From the NCBI RefSeq assembly GCF_022539665.2, contig NC_081334.1, positions 2,356,001-2,420,000 on the forward strand: a DNA stretch of 64,000 nt, written 5' to 3'. The notes under the pieces were generated by a model. That model saw only the letters and a program-made list of their open reading frames with translations, was not told where the DNA came from and did not search any database. The translations under genes were made by a program, and so were the position numbers. The stretch comes from Daphnia carinata. Lineage: Eukaryota. Positions 54,564-64,000 of the stretch are shown in pieces; position 1 is the stretch's first letter; the number at the start of each line of letters is the position of its first letter.

Positions 54564-54832
54564 ATGATGGGAAATATAAATCTATTTTTAACTTTTTGCT
54601 TAGTGCTTTGCATCGACGCTTACGTGGTGTCTTGTTTCCTGTACCCGGGCAGCAAGGTCAGCATCCGTTGACAACAAATTAAAATATTAACGCCCGTTTT
54701 ATAATCTTCCCTTTGTAGATGCGAGATTTCAACAATTGGCAAAAGAAAAGATCCCTCCTACGCCGTGACTCAGAATTACCTGTCATATTATATATATATA
54801 TATATATATATAAAAGAAATGAGTCACATTAA
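54564..54832 (+). CDS. Candidate small secreted peptide precursor (3' end uncertain)
   Basis: MMGNINLFLTFCLVLCIDAYVVSC-FLYPGSK|MRDFNNWQ-KKR-SLLRR...; hydrophobic leader, 62-nt GT-AG intron at 54657-54718, and basic cleavage sites. Confidence 0.35.
54789..54812. repeat. (TA)n microsatellite
   Basis: Directly visible. Confidence 0.9.
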
Positions 54833-55538
54833 ACCTCCTACACGTTATGTCCCATATACGCACAGCAAATACGGCTGATTTCCATAAGCCAAATTTCTTT
54901 TGATTATGAATCTTCAAGGTTGCCTGTTCAGAAATGATCACTGTTTGATTCGATCCTGCCATTCGTTCGAGCACGTTGGAGGAGTCATAGCATTACGCTG
55001 AATTTATTCTGAAGGTAAAAGCATTTGAATATGCCGATGGTCAGCACAGGTATATGTATATATACCTGTAAGGTGTATGTATATATGTAAATTAAATGGA
55101 TATTTTCTGTGTCTTGGTCATGACCACACGTAATTTACAATACGTAAAGGTCTGTACGTAGTGTTGACGCATTTTTGGAGCGATATCAAATTCGTCTCGT
55201 GATAAATTGGCAAGCTGAGTTGAATTTTAAAGTAAGGCATTTCGTTGACTATCCCCCCCCCCCCCCTCACACAAGTCAATACCTTCATGTCTTTTACACT
55301 TGACACATTTGACGCAATCTTGGCGTCAAATGCTCGTCGTCATCCTAGCATGCGACTTGCCGAACAGCTCGTCACGGACGATTTTTTATGACATCCATTC
55401 GACTACGCACAAGCAGTAACTGTCCTGTTAGTATTTCGTTTTACATTTAACAAACGACAGCTATGAAATGATGCTACTACGGATAGACATCCATCCGCGT
55501 TGCGCACAGAAGCTCCTCATTAAATTTGGTTTTCGGTT

Positions 55539-55547
55539 GTATAAATA
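55539..55547 (+). promoter_or_regulatory. TATA box of the NPY/NPF-like gene
   Basis: GTATAAATA about 100 nt upstream of the first splice donor (55646). Confidence 0.55.
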
Positions 55548-55644
55548 GAGAAGTTGTGTCTGGTTGAAGACAATTGTTCCAGCAAGCCAAGTCATCACAT
55601 ACCTATCGAGAGAGCCTTTGAGCGCTAAACACAAATTATAAAAA

Positions 55645-56164
55645 AGTAAACTTTAATTTTCCTACAAGTTTTCTATATGTTTAATTCATTGTTTATTTTG
55701 TTGATCATGTTTTTAAATAAATGTACAGTGAAATCAGTAGCAACAGTTGTCCTCCTTTGCCAGTTAATGTTGACGCTATGGTCGGCCGGCGCTGTGGCGG
55801 CACCACCTGCGGAGACTAACCCGTCCCCGAAGAATCTAGAAGATTTTAGAAACCACATACGCAACACTTTGACAAACTATTTAATGACACAGACCCACGC
55901 CAGGTAAATTCAATTATGATCTCCTTAGTATTTGATTACATTTTTGACAGCATATTTGGGGTATCATCTGATAGGTATGGAAAGCGAATGGTTCCCCTTA
56001 GCCAATCCGTTTCGAATATTCGCAACTGGAACGCTCAGAAGCCAAGCGAAGAGTGGCTTGGACATAACGACGGCAGAGAACCGAGTGGCAAAGGCGAAAA
56101 CCTGATGGACATTTGCTTTCAAATTAACACGTCGCCGGAAATTCGAAACCTTTTACTTTCTTAA
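55645..56164 (+). CDS. Neuropeptide F/Y-family precursor (36-aa RYamide)
   Basis: A|TG split by intron 55646-55728; signal MKSVATVVLLCQLMLTLWSAGAVA; mature APPAETNPSPKNLEDFRNHIRNTLTNYLMTQTHAR|Y followed by GKR; phase-2 intron 55904-55974 inside the Arg codon, as in NPY/NPF genes. Confidence 0.85.
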
Positions 56165-59100
56165 TTTTGAAACCGTTCCATACGAAAAATCTAAATGAAA
56201 TCTGGTAGTTACGCAATGGCACCAGGGTGTTAAACGAAAAAAAAAATTACCTATGTTTAAATACATCTCCATTTAAACGTCGTCAGCAAGTGTTTGCAAA
56301 TATCAATTACTTACATTGCAGGCAGCAATGAGGATAAGCGGGGAAGGCATTAGGACTTCCGCCCGCCGACGCACGGCTGTCTCGTGAGCCGCCATTCTGC
56401 TTGCGCAAAAATACTGTTGCTATGCTAATTATGAATCAGAACTGGCACTTGTCGCTTCCTCCGTTGCTGAGTAATTCCGAATGCACGTCGACTAGGTAGG
56501 AGGATTGAGCGGAAAAAATGGCTAGTAAACTTCCGTCCGTCTCTTCAAGAACAACAAGGTTAAAGTCAGCAACTTGTCACGTCACAAAATACACAAAAAG
56601 AGCTATTTATATAGTTGACAATGGTATGTGAATGGTCCTATTTCTTCTAAAGTGGGTTGTCAACGTTTCGACGAGCTTACGACTGAGCAAATATTATTTT
56701 ATGGTTCTATAGGGTAAATGGAGGCCGCTAGATGTCTCCACAAACATTGAACTCGATAACCGCTAGGTTGCACTGATACCAGGATTTTTCTCATGCTCGT
56801 GAGGGCGGAAAAACGATGACAGAGTTCTCGGCCATGACGATGCAGAAGAGCCTGGATGCGGGACTAGGGAGGGGTTCGTCTATTCCGAAAAAGTGACATG
56901 GAAGCCTGTATTTGCATCGGTTGCCGACCGAACTAGTAACGACTCAACCGTGATCAGTCTCTTAGGGCTGGGCTATATTGCCAGAGCATATCATCTTTGC
57001 CTGTCATACGAAATCGACATTTAGTTGCGGTTTCCTGTTGGCATCATTGTGGGAGTTGTCAGTTGTGGAAATTGTTTTCGAGCTCTCGGGCAAGTCGACT
57101 GGGCGTTCGTGACTGTTATTTGCGAAAAGAAAATAACTCAACATACCAGACACACCTCACGGATAGGCAGTTGGAAGGAATATCTCTCTGACTGTGGTAT
57201 GTTTTATTTGAAATTTATTAATCTTTCTATCTTAATGTGAGAATGTTGCAGTGGGCCATGTAACGCTTTGAAGTTTATCATTTGGTTTGACCCTAAATGA
57301 AGATGGCATTCCAAGAGTTCCTCCTTCTCAATAGCATTAGCTCATAGAACTTTCTACTCACATCAGGAGACCACTTTCTAAAATCATAAGAGCCTCACCT
57401 TTCAGGCTTACATTGACATTTGGCAATGTTTAAGACGGAGTACTTTGTGCAATGTACTCCTTGCAGGTGCCACAGTTCTGAAATCATTCAATTGGGAAAA
57501 GACTTTATGTTAAGAACTCTTTCTTATCTAACACCCTTAAAGTGGTTTTTTTCTATTTACACAGATTTCGCAAAAAGATTTATTGCTATACCGTTTGTGG
57601 CTTTGGGGAAACATATACTGAATGTTTGATTCTGTCAGACAACCAGTCTTTTGTTTTCTTTATTAACTCCCGGATCGGCGGCGACCTTGAAAAGAAAAAG
57701 GCAGAAATACGCCAAAAATTTGGTTTTCACATTTGCCAATCAGGTTGGGAATCTGAGCAGGCTGGAGGGAGCTGTTTTGGATGTGATATGGATGGGAGGG
57801 AGGGTGGATCGTATAGTTCCGTAGTCTATCGTTGGAACCCACCAGTCTAAAATTAGGAGGGTCCTGGTCCTTTAGGGTGGCGTGTTCCCCCTCTTTTACA
57901 ACCCCCCCCCTCTCCACATCTCAACTGAAGGACAGGGGAAAAAAAAGTGCAGGTTGGATCGTACCCAAGAATACGCAAGAGAGAGCATCGACGCTGATAG
58001 ACGTTGCTGCGTCGCTCCTCTTCTTCCGCCTTGCCCCCTTCTTATATTTACGACAATCGGCAGCAAGGAAACGCAGAAGCCTTTCTCTGGAACTTGATCC
58101 GCGGGAGCGTCCCAAAAAGTCCTAACTAAAATTACTGTCCCGCTTGACTGCGATGCACACGACAGCAGAAGAATAGTGTCACCTCCTAAACTCGCTTGTC
58201 CGTTCCCTGTAATGCCAGCAAGAAAACGTAGTACGTAACTTATTCTTCGTTCCGGCGCTTCGCAACCCACCCCGTCTTGAAAAATGTTATGTCCTTTTTT
58301 TGCTCTCCACTCGTCCGTTGTCTTGTTTTGTTTCGTCAGATGGGCAGTTCAGTCAACTCCTTTATCTGGCATTTTGCCTCATTCTCCGCTGCACATACAT
58401 TTTTCGTTGTTTTGGTTGTCTGTGCGTTGCCTTACCTACCCAATGTACACACGACCACCTAACATTTTTCAGACGTAAAACTGCAGTTTCTGTTCCCGAA
58501 TGGCTAAGCGTTTTTTTTTTGCCTGTTGCTTGCGCTTTTCCAAACTTATCCAAATAAGCGGAAAGACATGGGTGGGGAGAAAGAAAAAAATCACGTCAAC
58601 AAACGGCGCCAATAGCGCAAATATCCCTCGATCCCCGTAGTAGACAAAAGCTATTTCAAAGTTGTTGAGTGCAGTGGCTATAGTTGTCTAGCAACAAGCG
58701 CAAGGTCAAGTCGTAAAAAGGCAGATGACGCGACTACTATGAATGTATTATTTGGTTGGCTGGTACTGGAACAAAGCAGGAAAGGAAAAAAAAGCGTGAC
58801 ATTAGAGGCGGGTGCTGATTGCAAAGCGAATGAACACTATGTTTCGCCCAAGCGACAGTTTGTTGAGAGGCTGCGTTATTCAATTTCCAAGGGAATTGGT
58901 GGAGCGTTTGAAATGCAGCTCATAGGTGGGCAAGGAAAAGGGACCTGCGAAACGCACGACGTAAGTCTGGCTCGACGCCCACAACATGCCTTTATCCGAA
59001 GAAGGCAGAAAAAGCCAGTCAGCTGATTGTTGCCCAACTATTTCCAACAGCATATATATATATATTTTTTTTTTTTGCCTTCCTCTCAACTGCTGCGAGC

Positions 59101-59181
59101 AAACCGCTATAATGTGATTGTTCTTTTTCACTGGCTATTCCCAGGTTTTTCAACCCTGCTAGCGTTTCGTTCGCCGCAGCC

Positions 59182-62100
59182 ATGACGTCCAAAAAGCTCT
59201 ACGGTAAAGACTTGAAAGAATTCGACGATGTGGATGTCGACGACCTTCTCACCCAACTATCGGCCGAAGAATTGGAAATCCTCTCCAAAGAAGTCGATCC
59301 TGATGTACGTCAATTTAATTTTTATGGCATTTGTCGGTTCATTCTGAAGCTTTTTTTGCGACAAACACTTTGTAGGACCGGTTTATGCCTCCTGATCAAC
59401 GAACCAACTACCACTGCGAACGTGAAGCCACCGGCCCAGTCAACCGTAAGCAGTTAATCGACCACATTAACAAGATTGCACTGGAGACTCCCGACCAACC
59501 TGAAAGCGTGCCATTCGTTGCTGGAGTCGTCCGTGGCAAAAAGGTAATAAATACATTGTGATCCTTTTATTATTTATATTTCTCCCCCCGGGTTCTTCCC
59601 ATATCGGACCGCGTTGTTATTTTTTCTTAGTGTTAAGCAATCGACGTATGAGTTGCACACGTCTTACGTAACCAGACGTCAGGTTGGACCGCCGTCAGGA
59701 AGTCCCGATCCGTTTCCCAACTCCTTCCGCCGTCTTTTATGGAGGTAGCGCATCTGGCTATGGGGATAGCTGGCCCGATATGTTGCCCGTGCTAAGACTT
59801 TGGAGTGTTAGTATGCCATCGCTGGCCTTTTCTATAAAGGACTTTTTCTTTATATAAGAGAGTGATTCATCAATCTGTGTGGTTGGCAAAGAAGAAGGTT
59901 GGCATGGTGACACTTTCAATCACCTTATTCATCCGCCGGGTCCCCCATCTGTCTCGATATCCTCGCGACAATCTTGTATTCTTTTCACTCCTCTTTGGGC
60001 TGGGCCGAACGAAGGTGTCTGGCAAGCTGGAAAGAGATGTGGCCGCCACACGATTCGCTGTGCCCGCCTCCGGTCCTTGTCCCTTTACACCCTATAAATA
60101 GACGGCGTTATGTTTATTTTCAAACCTGCGTGCGCCGGTACTATACAAAATGGTCGGGGACCGACGCTAAACTTCCCCTGCATCATTTGCCTTTTTCGGC
60201 CAATATCGCGGCCATCTCTCGCGCTTCGGCTCATTTAAAATGTTTGCCACTATTTTCAAGGGCAACTGTTGGCTAACCGGGGAAACGGGCAAAAAAAAAG
60301 GGAAATTAACGACCGTTACATATTAGCCATCGGTGGATAATTTCCATGCCGCCTTGGGTTTCAAAAATAGGAATGGCTGATGAAAGATGAAAGTTCTTTT
60401 TTTTTTTTTCGTTTGTTTATTTATTTTGATTTCTTATGTTGTTGTTTTTTTTTTAAATCCGCGTGTATAGTGGATACCTCCGGAAGCGCCGGTCATCGCC
60501 ACCCGTGAGGATGAAGGAGTCTCATTCAACCTGGAGGATGAGTACGAGCAAGCACTGGGCACGGCCACTGAAGAGGAGCTGGTCGACTTGGCAGGTGACG
60601 ACTCCCTAAAGATGAAAATATTCGCACTGAATCTTTTAACTCTTCATTTCATTTACATATTAGAAAGATTTTTAATGATCAATTTCTTTTCTATTAGCTA
60701 TTCTGGGATTCCATTCGATGATGAATCAGGATCAGTACCACGCGTCACTCCTTAACAAGGGCAAAGTGGGTTTGGGTTGGGATGGCGTAACGAAAGCCTC
60801 GCAACCCAAAGCTCTACCTTACGAGCCTCCCAATATGACAGATCCGGAACAATCTATCCTCAAAGTTTATGACGACGATAGCAAAACAATTGAATTATGC
60901 TTCAACAATATCAATTTGACAGACGACCAGTTCGACCGGTTAGAATTCTAAAGCCAATAAAAACGATGGAATTGATGCACGATTAACCTTAATGTTTTTC
61001 TTTTACAGACTGTTTAAAGCGCTGGAGATCAACACGCGCTTGGAAGTCCTTAGTCTCAGCAACACTGGCCTTACAGATCGCACAGCTGAAAAATTGGCCG
61101 CGGCTCTAGAGAAAAATGCCACATTACGCGTTATCAAGTATTACAGCATACGAAAAGAAAAGCTTGTGTATTCAAGTTTGAACTAATTTCCATCTTTTCT
61201 TTTCTTCGTATCGTAATTCCCTAGCATTGAAACCAACCAAGTGAGCGCTAATGGAATCGTCAGGCTCGTAAAGAGCTTATTGGTACAAAAGAATATCGAA
61301 GAATTCCGCGCCTCCAACCAGGTAAAAACCCCGGTCTACACGACCGTAATCTTCTTTTTCCATTCTCGACGCAAAGTGTAGAAAGCGGGGGAAGGAAAAA
61401 CATTTTTTCTTTTTGGAATTTTTGAAAATAGAATCAACTTTTCACGCTGTGCCATACATATTTAAGCCAGTGTGCTGGCGTCAGCTTTCTAGCGTGACAT
61501 ACATTCCTAGAACAACATGTTGTCTTTGTTGCCTTAACTTTATGATGTTATGTTTATGTTCTGGTTTTTTCTTAGTTAACAGCCCATGTTCTGGGTAACA
61601 AAGCAGAAATGGACATCACCCAATACATCGAGCAGAACCCGACGCTGATGCGAGTGGGGCTCTTTTTCGAGTTCAACGACGCCCGGAGTCGAGTAGCCAC
61701 GCAGTTGCAAAAGAACATTGACCGCAGTAAGATTTCGCACTTTTATTTATTTATTTTTTCATTTTCTTCTTGGTTTTGAAGTATTCTTGGCCCTTGCTCT
61801 GGCATACTTTTCCTACTTCCCGTCTGCCCGGCCTGCTACCCCATAATTACCAAGCATGTTTCGGCTGTCCATTGCGAAGGGACGCCGGACCGGAGTAGTA
61901 TGCGCGACCCCGTTTCACACAGCTTAATTATTCCTAGCCCTCTCTTAAATAGCTATGTGTGTCAATTGTGTTTCCTGGCTAATGACTGCCATTCTATAAT
62001 AACTCCACTAAATCGGCAACCCGAAAAATCAGGGACGTGAACGGTAGTCAAGCGCGTTGTCCATACTAACTAAGAAACACGCCATGAATATCGGCATTCA

Positions 62101-64000
62101 TAGTTTCACAGTTCATAGATAGTTTTCCTTTTCCTTGTGGTTGGTTGCCCCTTGTTGTTCTTTTGTATTTTTTTTTCCTTGTCTTTCGTCGTTCGAGTTT
62201 CCTTTGCCAACATCAGAGATTCCACCGGTTTCTTCCGTATCGAAATTAGAAAAGAAATAGATGCGGCAACTACTTCGTCTTGACTACCCTCTTCCGCACC
62301 CGCCTAGATGCTTACCCTTTTTTTCGTGAGGGGTCCCTCTTTTCTTTTTCCCTTTTCCTATTTTTGTGTTGTTAAACAGCTGGCCAAGAATCAAACAGTA
62401 TTTCCGGCGAGTTTATGAATTCGTAAGGCAAGAGTTATGTGAACATGAGACAGGATCCAAAGAATGCGGTCATTATTTTCCCTCAGGTCGTTGAACTTAA
62501 CTCTTCTTTTATCTGCCTTGTTTTTTTTGTGTTTTTTTAAATCAGGCCAACGGATTAGGGTTCCAGTTCAGTTCCAAATTTAAATTCAGTTTTATTTGAT
62601 TAATATCAACTAATTCACCATAACAGTGCGTTTTTTTTTATAATTTTCTTTTGTTTTGCCATTTTTTTTCTTTTTTTTTTTTCTTTTTTTAACTTTTTCT
62701 TTGCTCATTAACGGTATGCGCTGACGATATAACTCGCACTCGATGCACATCTTTTTTCTTATTAAAAACATTTTTGATTTCGGCTTTGGTTTTCTTCTTG
62801 GAAGTCTCAAATTTCGATTCCAACGTTTGTAATCATTCCGTATCTTTTGTGTTTTTCTCGTTTATTCTGCAAATGTAAAAACAAACAAACAAAAATCCGC
62901 TCTTCTCCGCCACGATGCGCTCTCCCCGGCCTACACTTGTGTGTGCGTGCCCCCGATGATTAAAAACAAAAAATGTAAAAACCAAAACAAAAACTGATCT
63001 ACGACGAAAAAGCCCGAAGACTGGTTAAAGTCAGCGTCGGAGTGCGTGTCTTTCGAAGCGTGCGGACCCAGAGGGTGAACTGTTGAGAATGAGGAAAGAA
63101 ACAGAGTGACACATTCACGAAACACCGCGTAAAGATGATTCTCTATGTATCCACTTCCCCCCATTCTCACCGCGTCAGGTATTCACTTGTTCTCGTGTGA
63201 CAGCTCTTGGCATTTGATTTTTTTCATTTTTTTTTTTTTACGTTTTTTTGGCCGTTGCCGCCAACCCCACCGCCTCGTTTTTCTTTTATCGTTTGGCTTT
63301 GTACGGTTGCTTTTTTAACATCACAATTTTTCTTTTCTTTTTTAATTTGATTTAATCGAACTGGAAAGCGTGCGCTTAATTCTCCGTACGTATATAAGTT
63401 GGGCATTTATTGGTCTCCGCTTAACTTCCTACTGATTTATGCAAGTGCCGCATAGCGTAAAAAAGAGCATGTTCATTGCTTGGGTAAAAAAATATTTAAA
63501 TTCATAAAATGAGCTAATGATTTTAATGCAAGAAGAGTTGGTGGGAGGGGGGTTAATTTCATATCATTATTCGCTGTTCAAACGATTCTCGGACAGCAAA
63601 ACTCGTTAGCTGGAATGTACAGGAATTTAAAACATTTAAAGAATCATTCTATATTTAAATTCGCCGAGGTTTTTCACTTTCAGTGTTAGATATTTATATG
63701 TATGAAACCATGTAATTTTTAAATCATGTTTCTGCATTCATCACGACGTGAAAATGCTGGCACCATTTAAATACGGATGTCCATTAATCCACCGAATAAT
63801 CCACTTTTGATCGTTTGCCTGAATCACTTCATTCCTGTGCATTATCATTACGTTTCGTCATCTAACTCTCCGAAATTTTGTTTGTTTGTTTGTCTCCATT
63901 GTCATAATTTTGTTCTGTGTATCCTTTCCAGATCGTTTGCGTCGCACGGGCCGCGCTCCTCGCAATTTGACAGCTGGCTACATCCTGAAGAAAGACACTC
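59182..64000 (+). CDS. tmod: Tropomodulin, with alternative 3' exons; continues beyond the right edge
   Basis: MTSKKLYGKDLKEFDDVDVDDLLTQLSAEELEILSKEVDPD|DRFMPPDQR; VRGKK|WIPP; ATEEELVDLA|AILGFHSMMNQDQYHASL; LRR region LFKALEINTRLEVLSLSN...IN|IETN...ASNQ|...LGNKAEMDI...LQKNIDR|. Confidence 0.96.

Noticed and set aside
56990..57700. Exon-like segments with splice-like sites between the NPY-like gene and tropomodulin
   Set aside because: I could not assemble a consistent or recognisable ORF on either strand; they may be UTR or lncRNA.

Overview
Gene-dense eukaryotic (animal) genomic DNA with very short GT-AG introns (mostly about 60-100 nt). The gene content and style point to a branchiopod crustacean, most likely Daphnia (inference). 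Most ORFs in the supplied track are single exons or spurious, so I rebuilt the spliced gene models by eye. In order: SGTA (5' part, -), TIM17 (+), an orphan coiled-coil gene (+), MIER1 (-) head-to-head with a diverged WDR78/DNAI4 (+), a secreted protein with a large unknown domain plus C1q (+) bracketed by a ~140-bp direct repeat, prolyl 4-hydroxylase alpha (-) with duplicated, probably mutually exclusive exons, CDC123 (-), an AT-rich element with nested palindromes, four tandem HSD17B12-like SDR genes (the fourth with altered cofactor and catalytic residues, abutting or fused to a Myb/SANT-like ORF), an FLVCR-type MFS transporter (+), a secreted collagen-like protein (-), a fifth SDR, a candidate small secreted peptide, an NPY/NPF-family precursor predicted to yield a 36-residue RYamide, and tropomodulin (+, runs off the window). 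The strongest leads are the NPY-like peptide, the palindromic element whose two sites resemble recombinase targets, the C1q fusion cassette, the SDR cofactor switch and possible Myb fusion, and the MIER1-WDR78 pairing shared with human. All homology calls come from motif recognition, not database searches.
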